NCBI RefSeq assembly: GCF_006345805.1
Contig: NC_043004.1
Coordinates: 64,046,001-64,110,000, forward strand
Source of the DNA: Octopus sinensis
Taxonomy: Eukaryota
Direction: 5' to 3'
DNA length: 64,000 nucleotides
The notes under the pieces are model-generated. The model worked only from the letters and a program-made list of their open reading frames with translations. It searched no databases and was not told the DNA's origin. Below, one piece after another: positions 40,125 to 53,687 of the stretch; the first letter of the stretch is position 1, and each line of letters begins with the position of its first letter. Position numbers and translations under genes: made by a program.

Positions 40125-40475
40125 ATGTATATGTATGTATGTATGTATGTATGTGTATGTATGTAGTATGTATGTATGATGTATGTATGTGTTGTGTGGT
40201 TGGTGTGTATATATAACTATTTCGTCTTAATTGTTCCCGTCATTAATCGTAGCCATGCTGGATCCACATTAAAGGGGTTCGTCAAATAAATGAGACTTCT
40301 GCACTTAATCTTTTAGTCTAATATTCACTCCATAGGTAATCTTTGCTGAACCACTAAATGACGGGAAGTAGACAAACAAAAACAAATTCTCAAGAGTGGT
40401 GTGGACGAACGTAGACATACGACACAGAGATATAAATATATATGTGTGTGTGCATATATACATGTATATATGATG

Positions 40476-40507
<32 letters not shown>

Positions 40508-40535
40508 CGTGTGTGTGTGTGTGTGTATGTATGTG

Positions 40536-40567
<32 letters not shown>

Positions 40568-41101
40568 GAAACGTATCCCATAAAACTCAACGAATTTGTT
40601 AAGTGTGGAGAAGAGAAGATATTAAAACTTAAGAGAATTTTAGTTGATGCATGCGATCGTTTCACACAGCGATATTAAAACATGCAAATTCATGGTTGAA
40701 TAGAAATAATTAAATCAATTTGATTAAATTAAATTCATTATATATCACTGTTCTCCTCAGCGCAACAGTTGTAGTTTATACCTAGCTGGACTCTGATTCT
40801 TTTTTATGATGCTCGTATTTCTCATAAGGATAAATATGAATATCCAAAATCATTCTCTGCCATTTCATTTATCATGTCTTCTATAATAACTTTTTGTTTA
40901 TACTTCTTGCACTGAGGAGAACAGTGATATATAATTAATTTAATTTAATCAAACTAATTTAATTATTTCTATTCAACCATGAATTTGCATGTTTTAATAA
41001 CGCTGTTTGAAATGATCGTATGCATGAATTAAGATTCTCTTAAATTTTAACATCTCTTCTCCATTTTTAACAAATTTGTTGAGTTTTGTGGGATACCTTT
41101 C
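40568..41101. repeat. Foldback inverted repeat (~195-bp diverged arms, ~140-bp spacer)
   Basis: 40568-40765 is the reverse complement of 40907-41101, with scattered substitutions. Confidence 0.93.
40908..41024 (+). ncRNA. Type I hammerhead fold with 90-nt stem II (mirror copy on the minus strand at ~40648-40764)
   Basis: TGCA CTGAGGA GAACAGTG...CGCTGTTT GAAA TGATCG TA TGCA. The 8-bp stem II base pairs fully (two G:U); the mirror copy has a perfect CGATCG stem III. Confidence 0.75.
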
Positions 41102-41248
41102 CATAAATTCACGTAACACACCATATTCTAGTATTATTTGCATATTTGCAAACTTACGCCAGTAAGCTACCAGCAGAATATGAAGAATCTATATTAGAAA
41201 TCGCTTTTTGGAGTCCTTCAAATTAAAGGACAAAATATAACTCAAACT

Positions 41249-41309
<61 letters not shown>

Positions 41310-41312
<3 letters not shown>

Positions 41313-41493
41313 CATTACTACCCACAAGAAGCTAAACGTAGAGGGGACAAACAAGGACAGGCAAAGGGTTTAAGCCGATTACATCGACCCAGTGCGGAAC
41401 TGGTACTTTAATTATCGACCCCGAGAGGATGAGAGGCAAAGTCGACCTCGGCGGAATTTGAACTCAGAACGTAACGACAGACGAAATACCGCC
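41310..41493 (-). mobile_element. SINE family B, 5'-truncated
   Basis: Reverse complement of the family B body: TGGTACTTTAATTATCGACCCCGAGAGGATGAGAGGCAAAGTCGACCTCGGCGGAATTTGAACTC. Confidence 0.88.
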
Positions 41494-41666
41494 ATATATG
41501 CACATACGTATACGATGGGTAGCCACATATTTTTCATCTACGAAATTCATTCAAGAGGCATTGGTCCGTCCGGAGTTATAGGAGAAGACACTTGGGACTG
41601 AACACAGAGTTATGTGGTTGCAAGGCGAGATTCCAGACATTCGCATTTGTTTATGCATATACAACA

Positions 41667-41728
<62 letters not shown>

Positions 41729-42327
41729 AACACACAAACACATGTGTGTGCGTGTGAATATATATATATATATATATATACAGATAAAGAGGAGAGATTA
41801 AAAGAGAAACAAGCATACTTACATGACTACATACATACATACATACATACATACATACATTCATACATACATTCATACATACATACATACATTCATACAT
41901 ATATACGTACGTACATGTTTAATATAATTTAATATATACATATGTACATACATACATACGTACGTACATACATACATACATACATACATACATACATACA
42001 TACATACATACATACATACATACATACATTCATACATACATACATATGCTTAGTTACACTCTTCATCGTAGAATTTAAGCTGGTCACTAACGACGTGACA
42101 ACTTCTTCGTTTGCATGAACACAGTTCTAGAGATTTGGATTTTCTCCAAGTTAAGTATGTTTTATGCATTTATTTATTTAGATATTGCATTCATGCAAAG
42201 AAGGGAAGCATTTTTCTCTGCCGTTTTTAAGACTTCTCTTAATGGCAGAGGTCTGTATGTCTTTGGTATAGCATTCCTTTCGCGAAAAGACGACGATGTG
42301 GACTGGACTTCACCTTAATTTTCTGCA

Positions 42328-42402
<75 letters not shown>

Positions 42403-42413
<11 letters not shown>

Positions 42414-42925
42414 CATTAAAAGGCTTCCAAATAAAGAAGCGAGTGCTAGATACACACACTGGTAATAATAATTTATTTTTATTACCCTATTTACTATGTT
42501 TAAATATTGCTCGATAAATTTTTACCGGCATCCTCTCTGTCGCCGGGTATGATTTGCGTCTGCGCTCTAATCTGAAAAGTTAGGGTATATAGATCGTTAG
42601 ATTTGCACGTGCTTCTAACGGTATGTACATCTCGGATTACAAAGGCTTCCTGCTGATGATTCTGGCCTTGGCAGATAAATTCTATTCATTTGCAAAAAAA
42701 AAATGATGAAACCGCGGTACAGGATTAGCTGAGTTGGTAAACGTTTTTGATTTTCATCCCTTTCATGAATGTATCCCCTTTTTGTGTAATTAGCACTCGC
42801 TTCTTTATTTGGAGGCCTTTTAATGTATTTATATATGAATAACATATAGTCTAACGACTAATTCGTCTTTTGTGCTAGACCACTGTAATAATAATTTATT
42901 TTTATTACCCTATTTACTATGTTTA
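42403..42925 (+). mobile_element. Retrozyme/PLE pseudo-LTR-like non-coding element in a (TA)n tract
   Basis: 41-bp direct repeat at 42462-42502 and 42885-42925 (423-bp period). 42403-42448 is an inverted copy of 42791-42836. Central hammerhead; (TA)n on both sides. Confidence 0.75.
42648..42724 (+). ncRNA. Type I hammerhead ribozyme fold
   Basis: TCCTG CTGATGA [48-nt stem II region] GAAA CCGCGG TA CAGGA. Perfect stem I, intact core, palindromic stem III, predicted GUA cleavage site. Confidence 0.8.
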
Positions 42926-42963
42926 TAGAAATATATATATATATATTATATATATATATACAT

Positions 42964-43002
<39 letters not shown>

Positions 43003-43079
43003 CAAATATATATATATATATAATATATATATATACAACGCGTGCGCACACCCACACACATGTGCTCACATGTATGTAG

Positions 43080-43113
<34 letters not shown>

Positions 43114-43394
43114 TTATGTATATGTATGTTAGTTTACATGTATGCATTTGCATATTCATGTATATACACCTTGTGTATCTACGTATGTAAACCTTCATGC
43201 AAATATGCCTGCATGTAGGTATGTATGTGTACGTGAGTGAGTATCCACGTGCGTGTCTACATAAATTTGTGCGTCTGTATCTGTGTGGGGGGGCGTGTGT
43301 GTGCGTGTGTGTATGTGTGTGTATGTGTGTGTGTGCGTGTGTGTGTATGTGTGTGTATGTGTGTGTGTGTGTGTTTGTCTGTGTGTGTACATGA

Positions 43395-43620
43395 TTGAAT
43401 CTCCCGTGAAGACAACGTAAGAACGTTCAGTTTCTTTCTGAACGACCTGCACAAATGAGTCGCTTTTGAACAGATGGTGTAACACACAAGCGTCAAAATG
43501 GTTGCAGAACAATGTGAGGTGAAGTGTTTTGCTCCACAACATAAAAAATCATCAGGTCCAGGAATAGAAAACGCAATCTCGGAAGCCTGAGTTCAACAAC
43601 ACAACCACAGAGCCATGCGA
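43395..43620 (-). mobile_element. Old diverged tRNA-derived SINE
   Basis: GAGGTGAAGTGTTTTGCTCCACAAC...CCAGGAATAGAAAACGCAATCTC...AACCACAGAGCCATGCG resembles a reverse-complemented SINE head and body. Confidence 0.55.
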
Positions 43621-44094
43621 TCTCAGACACACACAGGCACACAACTATGAGTGTGGTTGCGCGTGTGTGTATGCGTGTGTGTGTTTGCGAGTGTGTTTGT
43701 GCGTGCTTGTGCGTGTGTGTGCTCGTGTGACAGCGTGCGTGTATGTGCGTTTGTGCGTGCGTGTGTGTGTGTGTGTTTGTGCGCTCAGATGTGTGTGTGT
43801 GTGTGTATGAGTGTGGTCTGGTGTGTATTTGAGGTATAGCATAATGCAGTTATGGTTTTGGTCGATATGATTCCGAGTCCCTTGAAAGTTCAAATTTTCT
43901 CTATGAATGTTTTGTGATATTAGTTATCTGCCCTTAGGATATTTGTTCTAGAACACTATTTCTTGGCATTAGATTCAGCTTTCTGCTTTGAAGCAGATAT
44001 TCATGAATCGTAGAATCTTTAAATTCCCTACTGCTTTGTCCTCCACCTGACCCACATTTGTAACTATTTCGCTAAAAAAAAGAACTTTGCATTA

Positions 44095-44500
44095 TTTACT
44101 CTTTACTCTTTTACTCTTTTACTTGTTTCAGTCATTTGACTGCGGCCATGCTGGAGCACCGCCTTTAATCGAGCAACTCGACCCAGGGACTTATTCTTTG
44201 TAAGCCCAGTACTTATTCTATCGGTCTCTTTTGCCGAACCGCTAAATAACGGGGACATAAACACACCAGCATCGGTTGTCAAGCAATGCTAGGGGGACAA
44301 ACACAGACACACAAACACACACACGCATATATATACATATACAGGACGGGCTTTCAGTTTCCGTCTACCAAATCCAGTCACAAGGCTTTGGTCGGCCCGA
44401 GGCTGTAGTAGAAGACACTTGCCCAAGGTGCCACGCAGTGGGACTGAACCTGGTACCATGTGGTTGGTAAACAAGCTACTTACCACACAGCCACTCCTGC
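44095..44500 (-). mobile_element. SINE family A, near full length
   Basis: Reverse complement of 688-1090. Confidence 0.93.
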
Positions 44501-45067
44501 TGTTAATATTTTTCCTCTATACCTGACTTAATCTCTCGTAATTACTTCTTGTTATTTTGTTTAAATTAAAGATAGTGACTCCCTTAATTTATGTTCAGCG
44601 CTTTATCTTAAATGATATGAGGATGTTCATATATGTTTGTTTTGTTTCGTCTTTTGCTATAATAAAAAAGCTGCAGTATATCTTTACTCTGATGTTTACC
44701 TTTTACCGACCAAATCAATGTAATCCATACATTGTATATACAGTGTATTTTTAGTGTATATCTAGAATTGAATTGTTGATATAACCATGATGCTCCCGTG
44801 GTCTTACGTTGTAGCTTTCAGTATTTGCATTAATATGAGAATATACAATTATATCGAATAATGCCAAGCAGACATTAAAGCAAACGCCGATGCATAATTT
44901 CTTGTATATTGTTTTTTTCTGGATTTTCATTTACATGGACACTTTACATAACACTACTTTGTAAATGATTAATACATAGACTGACAGTCGAGTCCGTACG
45001 GGGACCTGATATGATAACCGCATGATTCTCTCAATCTATTTCTTATACTATTCATTTATATACATAT

Positions 45068-45098
<31 letters not shown>

Positions 45099-45180
45099 AT
45101 ATATATATATATTATATATATATATATATTATATATATATATATATAATCACACACGCGCTCATGAACACACATACACAC

Positions 45181-45212
<32 letters not shown>

Positions 45213-45885
45213 GGCCAACAGATATGTATATACTTGTATGTATTTATGTACGTCTCGGTATGTGCTTATCTATGTTCTGCATTTATGTATGTTTTTCAGA
45301 TTGATAAATTTTTTCATAATTCTTCTCCAGGAGGGAAAGAACCAGTTAATGAAACAAGGCTGCGTCATAGGAATTTAGCCATTAAATATGTACATGCGTA
45401 TATGCATACATATATGTAAGAATAGACGTATATACGTAGACATATAATGCATATATATGTGCACACGCATTTATAGGTATCATTATATAATGTATTGACC
45501 AATCTATTGACCAATTTTCCTTTGCCTACATATATATATGTTTGCAGTCTACACGTGTGTGTCTGCAGTTATTACATACTGAACTTCAAGGATGTTTTTT
45601 TTATGTTTTATCACAACCTGTATTGGCATGTAGCTGTAATCTAATTAAGTATGTTCTTAATGAGTTTGTGAAAAGTAACTTTTCAAGACTGAAATAAGGC
45701 GGAAAGTTACGCAAACAAATGTTTGGATAATTATACACAGACACCTAAATGTGTAGCGCGGATGGACATTTAATAAGCATGTTGAGGCTCGATTTATGAC
45801 AGTGATATGACTGACTGTAGGGTGAATGGTGTCGCACTTATTGTAAAATTCGAAGTGAGAAAACGTATTACAGGCGCGTTTTACT

Positions 45886-46520
45886 TGGACGGACAGACGG
45901 ATGGATAAATGGATGGATGGATGGATGGATGGATGGATGGATGGATGGATAAATGGATGGATGGATGGATGGATGGATGGATGGATAAATGGATGGATGG
46001 ATGGATGGATGGATGGATGGATGGATGGATAAATGGATGGATGGATGGATGGATGGATGGATGGATGGATGGGTACATGGATAGATGGATGTATGGGTAC
46101 ATGGACGGACAGACGGATGGATAAATGGATGGATGGATGGATGGATGGATGGATGGGTACATGGATAGATGGATGTATGGGTACATGGATGGATAGATGG
46201 ATGGATGGATGAATAGATGGATGGATGGATGGATGGATGGATGGATGGATGGATAGATGGATGGATGGATGGATGGATGGATGAATGGATGGATGTATGG
46301 GTACATGGATGGTTAGATGGATGGATGGAGAGATGGATGGATGGATGGATGGATAGATGGATGGATGGATAGATGGATGGATGGGTAGATGGATGAATGG
46401 ATGGATGGGTACATGGATGGATAGATGGATGGATGGGTACATGGATGGATGGATGGATGGGTACATGGATGGATAGATGGATGGATGGATGGATGCATGA
46501 ATGCATGCATGGACGGACGG
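45886..46520. repeat. (GGAT)n array with recurring GGGTACAT variant units
   Basis: Direct reading; source of the PSIH/MDGW ORFs. Confidence 0.95.
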
Positions 46521-46679
46521 ACATATTGTTGGAAGATATATTGGTAGTTTGTGGTGTGTGTAAGATACACCAAGCTTTTGCTAATTATTTTGGGCGCCTC
46601 TGGAGTTGCAAAGTGTTATAGTCAAGCTCTCGGACGCCATAACTTTGACCCAGCTGAACATCTAGCATGTTACATCTGG

Positions 46680-47095
46680 AAAGTTAGAGAGTCGCACATG
46701 TAACCAACTGGAAATAATTTACATCTGAATCGACTGAGGAACAAAAATTAAAGAATCTTGCTCAAGGGCACAACGCACAATCTGGTTAAAGAATTGAACT
46801 TAGAACCTTTATGCTCATGCGCCGAACATCTCTAACCCGTAAGTTAGGCACCTTAACAATTATATTAAATTATAATTGTCCCTAACTTAGTGGAAAAAAC
46901 AGCAACTTTTAGGGGAACGAATTAGTTGATACCATGGAAGTTAATACTTGACTGCAACTTTATTTTATCGAGCCCAGAAGAATCGAAAGGCAAAGTGGAA
47001 GACGGCATGATTCGAACTCACAACATGAAGAGCTGGAATAAATACCGCAAGACATTTTCTTCAACATTTTAACGATCCTGCCAGCACACCGTCTT
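46680..47095 (-). mobile_element. Two adjacent degraded SINE remnants
   Basis: TCTTGCTCAAGGGCACAAC..GAATTGAACT at ~46760-46850; family B-like TTTTATCGAGCCCAGAAG..AAGGCAAAGT..TTCGAACTC..CTGCCAGC at ~46915-47095. Confidence 0.65.
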
Positions 47096-47699
47096 CTTAT
47101 ATTAAATTATAATATTAGCACTTACACAATCATCACAAGTAACATCAATATCAAATCCATTATAACATCTTCACCACCAACACCACTACTTCCACTACTA
47201 TCAACACCACCACCACCACTATGTTCTTACAGAGTGATAAACGGGTTTATCTGGAAGAACCGAGCTCTGTTGAATGACAAGCTATTTAAGGACTGGGCTG
47301 ACTATATCGATATAGTCGACAGATGGAATTGGAAAGATTAATGGTAAATCTTTAATAGATTAGGATATCGATAAGTTTCAATCTAAGTCTTTTAATAATG
47401 GGATCCTGTTTGGTGCGTATTAGGGTAGGGGAGAACGAGTAGGAGGGAGAGGGATAGTCGATGGTGATGAGGTCGTGTAGTGTAGTCAGTGGTGATATCG
47501 GAGGGAGGGGGAGGATGCGGAGGGGGAAGATATGTGATGGCAATGTGGTGTTGTTAGGCAGACAATAGTGGAGAAGGGTTAGGGCGGTGGTGTGGCGGGG
47601 GTGTGCTGCCGTGTAGCCGATGGGCATACGTTGGGGAATCTTATCTGAGGAATTAATTAAAATATCTTTGCTATAGACAGTTATGCGTAACTAAACTAC

Positions 47700-48210
47700 T
47701 GTGACTGATGATGACGATGACGACAACGAAATCTATGATGCTGACGATGAGGTTGTTGATCATCGTCATCATCAGCGTCATGATGACGATGACGACGGTG
47801 ACAGTGATGATGATGATGATGATGAGGAGGAGGAGGAGGAGGAGGAAGAGGAAATGGTTGACGATGATAACGATAATGACTTAGTACACGATGATAACGA
47901 TGATGCTACTGATGATGATGACGATGATGATGATGATGACAACGACCATCAGAATGAAGATGTTGATAATGATGGTAATGAGGATTTTGATAACGACGAC
48001 GACGTCGGCTATGAGGATGATGAGGACGATGACGATGACGACGATGACGACGACGGCGGCCACGGCGATGACGACAAATATGATGATGAAAACGATGATG
48101 ATGAGGGGAAGGATGAAGATAGAAAGAGGAGGAAGATAGGAGTAGGAAGAAGATAGGAGGAGAAGGAGGAGGGGTGGAGGAGGCGGCGAGAAGGAGAAGG
48201 AAGAGGACAA
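47700..48210. repeat. Mosaic (GAT/GAC/GAG)n low-complexity tract
   Basis: Direct reading. Confidence 0.9.
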
Positions 48211-48714
48211 TGCTAGCGTGGACGGTTCAGTACGATGACGAGAATGACGTGAGCCTTGCCTTTCATCCTCCCGGAATCGACAAAATTACACTCCAGCATG
48301 GTCGGTTGCTAGAATTGTTCGAGTGATGGACTAGATTACTTGTGGTATTTATTCAGGAATTTTCTGGTTTCAGTTCAAATCTTACCAAGATCAATTTGGC
48401 CTATCATCTTTCGGGTGCTGAGAAAATAATGTAGTAAATAAAATCTACTAATACAGAGCGATGGATTAGAGGAATTTGATAGGGCGTCAAACAAATGAGT
48501 TGCGGTATTTGATTCGTCTGTTTATATTCTGAATACATAGGCAGGTGTAACTTGGTACTTATTAAGATATTAAATATTGTGTCTGCAAATAACCAACAAG
48601 ATGGTATAATGTTAAAAACAAAAAGGCTACATCAAGAAATTCCTTTGTGTACAACCATGAAAAATTCATAGCAGTTATTTAATATTTGTGAAGGGACACA
48701 CCAGGGGTTAGTTC

Positions 48715-49075
48715 ATAGATGTGGAAGCACTCCATCGGTAACGACGATGAGGGTTCCGGTTGATTCGAATCAACGGAACAGCCTGCTCGTGAAATTAACG
48801 CGTAAGTGGCTGAGCACTCCACAGACACGTGCACCCTTAACGTCATTCTCGGGGATATTCAGCGTGACACAGAGAGTGACAAGGCCGGCCCCTTGAAATA
48901 CAGGTACAACAGAAACAGGAAATAAGAGTGAGAGAAAGTTGTGGTGAAAGAGTACAGCAGGGATCACCACCATCCCCTGCCGGAGCCTCCTGGAGCTTTA
49001 GGTGTTTTCGCTCAATAAACGCTCACAACGCCCGGTCTGGGAATCGAAACCACGATCCTATGACCGCGAGTCCAT
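48715..49075 (-). mobile_element. tRNA-derived SINE, third family
   Basis: Minus strand starts GGACTCGCGGTCATAGGATCGTGGTTTCGATTCCCAGACCGG (B-box-like) and ends GCAGGCTGTTCCGTTGATTCGAATCAACCGGAACCCTCATCGTCG. Confidence 0.75.
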
Positions 49076-49129
49076 TGCGCCTCCACAGTATGACGGTGCT
49101 GAAAGGAAAGAAATGATCGACAACATTGC

Positions 49130-49492
49130 ATTCAGTAAATGGTTTCTTTACTACTGACGCATGAAGACTTAAAAGCAACGCTGACCTCCAATGAAATTTG
49201 AACTCAGAACTTAGGCTGGATGTAACTAAACACCATGAGGCGTTTTGTACGTCCCTTCGACTTCTGCCATTTTAATGCCAAAGAATAATAATATAAAAGT
49301 GCGAGATCAGAAAATTCAAGGAGGGGTTGATCGATTAAACCGAAATCTTGGCTTGACTGGTTCTTCATTTTTCGACCCTGAAAGGAATGACTGGCACAGT
49401 TGGATTGGAACTCAGATCGTAAAGAACTCGAAAACAAAAACCCACAAGGCATTTTGAGCAAATTGCTACTGAATCTGCCAATTCACTGCCCT
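49130..49492 (-). mobile_element. Degraded family B SINE pieces
   Basis: AATTTGAACTCAGAAC, TTTTCGACCCTGAAAGGAATGA and CTGCCAATTCACTGCC match the family B reverse complement. Confidence 0.6.
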
Positions 49493-49499
49493 TACTGCT

Positions 49500-49711
49500 T
49501 AGTAATAATGCAGTAGTAGTAGAAGTAGTAGTAGTAGTGGTGGTGGTGGTGGTGGTGGTGGTAAGCTGGTGGTGGTGGTGGTGGTAAGCTGGTGGTGGTG
49601 GTGGTGGTAAGCTGGTGGTGGTGGTGGTGTGTGGTGGTGGTGGTGGTGGTGGTGGTAAGCTGGTGGTGGTGGTGGTTGTGGTGGTGGTGGTGGTGGTGGT
49701 TGGTGGTGGTG

Positions 49712-49767
<56 letters not shown>

Positions 49768-49800
49768 GGTGGTGGTGGTGGTGGTAACAGCAGCAGCAGC
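49500..49800. repeat. (GGT)n/(AGT)n tract with periodic AAGCT interruptions
   Basis: Direct reading. Confidence 0.92.
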
Positions 49801-50452
49801 AATGTAAGCAAGAGAAATTGGAGCAGCAGCAACTGCTGTATGATCCGATTTGTAGGGCACAGTCCATAGTTTTAAACCTTGTTTCATGAAATTTCACATA
49901 GTTGGAGCGCATATTTTCAAAGGAAAGTTAAGAGAAATTGACTTTTCCTTAGAAAATCATATTTATTAGTAATGAAGACTATATTTTTATAATATAAGAA
50001 AACTGTTTATGCAATGAAGATGGAAAGAGACAAAGAAATTTAGAATAAGCGAGGAGATAAGTTGTGGCTGATTAAAAACAATTGCAATCAGTCGTATTCT
50101 ACATAGATATTCACTTCTCATCGATGTGCCTATATATAAACATTCATGTGTAAAAAAAGGATATTTTTTATGAAGAAAAATTAATTTCCTAAATAAAAAA
50201 TATCGTAAATAATATTAAAAGAAACCTACCTTCGAAGTTTGAATAGTCTGTATTTAAACGCGATATACAGAAAAACAAACAAAAAAATCTTTTTATTATG
50301 CATAATATAAATGTTAAATTCACTTCATTTGGTATGTCTACAACAGACTTCACAATACATGCATACATACACACGGGCACACACACACACACACGTGTAT
50401 CTATATATATACACACATATACACCCCACACACGCGCGCGCGCGCACATATT

Positions 50453-50489
<37 letters not shown>

Positions 50490-50492
<3 letters not shown>

Positions 50493-50889
50493 TTTACTCT
50501 TTTACTTGTTTCAGTCATTTGACTGCGGCCATGCTGGAGCACCGCCTTTAGTCGAGCAACTCGACCCCGGGACTTATTATTTGTAAGCCCAGTACTTATT
50601 CTATCGGTCTCTTTTGCCGAACCGCTAGGTGACGAGGACGTAAACACACACCAGCATCGGTTGTCAATCAATGCTAGGGAGACAAACACAGACACATAAA
50701 CACACACACACATACATATATATACATATATACATATATACGACAGGCTTCTTTCAGTTTCCGTCTACCAAATGCACTCACAAGGCATTGGTCGGCCCGG
50801 GGCTATAGCAGTGGACACTTGCCCAAGATGCCACGCAGTGGGATTGAACCCAGAACCATGTGGTTGGTTAGCAAGCTACTTACCACACA

Positions 50890-50893
<4 letters not shown>
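50490..50893 (-). mobile_element. SINE family A, near full length
   Basis: Reverse complement of 688-1090; embedded between (TA)n tracts. Confidence 0.93.
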
Positions 50894-50930
<37 letters not shown>

Positions 50931-51034
50931 GGCTATCTGTTTCTCTTGGTTTAATGAAGTGATGGAGATATCAGTGAGAAGACTACAATAAGGGGCGGAG
51001 ACTGATTAAGACTCATTATTTAAGACTCAATCTA

Positions 51035-51640
51035 CAAGGTGGCCATAAAGTCATGCACCATCCTGCAATATGTGAAATTGCTAACATTCCCTTTTTCTAT
51101 CTCCTTTCAAAACTGCCGATATTACTCACAAACCTATCCTCATTGGATCGAAATAGATAATCAATAAGCCGGAGGCCAGGTAATGTTGTGGGATTTGGCA
51201 CAATCAAGTAATTGGACCATTTTATTTTGTGGGCTCTGTGACAGGTGATTCGTATCTGGACATGCTTGGCAACAAGATGATGCCTAACGTGCATTCACTT
51301 GGAAGCGGGATCTTGTTTGGTTTCAGCAGGATGGAGATCCGCCCCCATTATGCATTTCAGGTTCGTGATTTTCTGAATGGTACCTGGCTCGGTCGTTGTG
51401 GGCCGATCGACTGTGCACCACTTTCACCAGATTTATCTTTCTTCTGGGGCTACATTAAAACCCTTGTGTATTCTGAAATGATTCGGGACGAAGGAAATCT
51501 TCTGCAAAGAATTGTTGAAGCTTGTGAACAAATCAACGAGAAAGAAGAGCTATTTAAGGGGGTTCATCGCAATTTCAAATTCCGCATGAACACTTATTTA
51601 GCGCGACTTCGTGAACACTTCGAACATTTGTAATGGATTA
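51035..51640 (+). mobile_element. Decayed Tc1/mariner-superfamily element, DD41D (rosa)-like transposase C-terminus
   Basis: TA-CAAGGTGGCCATAAAGTC TIR-like start; IGPFYF.GSVTGDSYLDML, FQQDG (frameshift) PHYAFQVRDFLN, WLGRCGPIDCAPLSPDLSFFWGYIKTLVY, ending HFEHL*. Family assignment is by motif memory. Confidence 0.82.
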
Positions 51641-51904
51641 CCTACTTCATTGCTAATAAAGCATACTTGTGTGCGTGTGTGAGTGTGTGTGTGTATGTGT
51701 GTGTGTGCGTGCGTGCGTGCGTGCGTGTGTGTTGAAAGTCTACAGTACTTTCTTTATAAATTCTTACCTGTTGTGGAGCCGGGATTTCTACAGAGCACCT
51801 ATATACAACGTTATTACGCAAACAGGAACCGGCAACGGACACAACTCCTTTAATCAACAATTACATGTCTCCCCGCCCCCGCATATATATATATATGATT
51901 GCCA

Positions 51905-52545
51905 TCCACATGTGACCGAGGAAGACCATTGCTTACCTTTAGGAACATTGGGAGCTCTAGGACTAACTTATATTTTGCATTTGCGGCTCCAGAGGTAGCT
52001 AATGAGCTCTGCTCTTGACAAGCATACACAACTGCAACCCTTGCAAACAAACCTTTCCCCATTCACTACGCTAGCAGTGCGCTTTCTAGCAGCATGCTTA
52101 AATTCTTCATGAAGAATACATGCTCTTTTAAAGGTATCGACCCCTCCTTAACCTGCTTCCTCCATGTGTGGCGATGACAGGCATTGCTCTCTCAGGCGGT
52201 CTCTTGCATATCACAGGCCGTCACAATCTTAAATCGCAGTCTTGGTTTTTGCTGGGATCTCTTTCCACTAACAAATTACCCGTACACCATCTGTTTAGGG
52301 ATCCTACTATTCTTCTTTCTAATAAGGTGCCCAGTCCAACGTAACCGCTGCTTGTGCACCATCGCCTCAAAACTCAAGAAATCAGCTTTCCTCAAGACCT
52401 GTGTATCTAGAGTTTTTACGGTCGAGCCAGCATTCAGAATGTGTCTCAAATATCTCTGATGAAAGTGTTAAAGTATCTTTACACGAGGTTTGTAAGGGGT
52501 CCGTGCCCAACATGAGTAAGGTAGCGATGTCAGTATACATGCACG
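51905..52545 (-). mobile_element. RTE-clade LINE 3' fragment
   Basis: Minus strand reads EAMVHKQRLRWTGHLIRKKNSRIPKQMVYG*FVSGKRSQQKPRLRFK, CHRHTWRKQVKEG, KHAARK, and C-terminal FVCKGCSCVCLSRAELISY (decayed RTE zinc finger). Confidence 0.85.
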
Positions 52546-52589
52546 GTACACAGCAATTTTTGTTTACATGCATAGAGATAGATAGATAC

Positions 52590-52677
<88 letters not shown>

Positions 52678-53624
52678 TTCTACACTTACACACATATAAA
52701 TATGTATGTATGTATGGATGGATAGATGGATGGATGGATGGATGGATGGATGGATGGATGGATGGATGATGGATGGATGTACGCATGTACGTATGTATGT
52801 ATTTGTGTATATGCATATTATTGGTGAATATACACTGTTAAATGGTTAAGCTATTGCTATAACGGTTTTATTTAGCTGGAGTTTATTGGAGAATAAAGAC
52901 TGCTAACTGTTCAATCTTTTACTACTGCCATTGTTGTTGCTGCTGCTATTGTTGCTGTTGCTGTCTCTAGAATTAGCAACAATATATTGGTGAATAAAGA
53001 CTGTAAAATTCTTGGTTATGGTTAAAGTTGTTGTTGTTGTTGTTGTTGTTATTGTTGTTGTTGCTGTTCTTGTTCTTGCCGTTGCAGCTGCTGCTAGTGC
53101 TGCTGCTGTTTCTGCTGCTTTATATCTGAAGACTTAACCACAATATATATTGATGAATAGTGTTGAGTGGAAATAATGTTATTTTCCAATATTAGATTTC
53201 CCTGGCGTTTCGTTTCTTTGTTTTGTTTTGTGTTTTGTGCAGAAGGTATTTATTTTTTTCTTCTGTTGCAGTAAAAGTTTGTTATAGGACAGGTCTGTGT
53301 GTTTATCCTGATTTTATTACCCACACTACTTCTTCTTCTTTTTCTTCTTCTTTTTCTTCTTCTTTTTCTTCCTCTTCTTCTTCTTCTCCTCCTCCTCCTT
53401 CTCCCCCTCCTCCACCTTTTTCTTATTATTCTTATTATTCTTTAACCACTTCTACTGTTTTGTTTTCTTCTTTTTCTTCATCTTCTTCACTTGTGCCTCT
53501 ATTACTTCATATTGTCTCCTTCACCAATTCATTTTTCTCCATTGTCATCGTTTTTCTTCATTTCTTCTTTTTTCTTTTCTTCATTTCTTCTTCTTCTTCT
53601 CTTCTCTTTCCTCTTCCTACAAAA

Positions 53625-53687
<63 letters not shown>

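Noticed and set aside
47701-48156. Acidic 151-aa ORF; likewise homopolymer ORFs at 7.3-8.2, 49.4-49.9 and 54.2-54.9 kb
   Set aside because: Trinucleotide tracts open in several frames; no splice or homology support.
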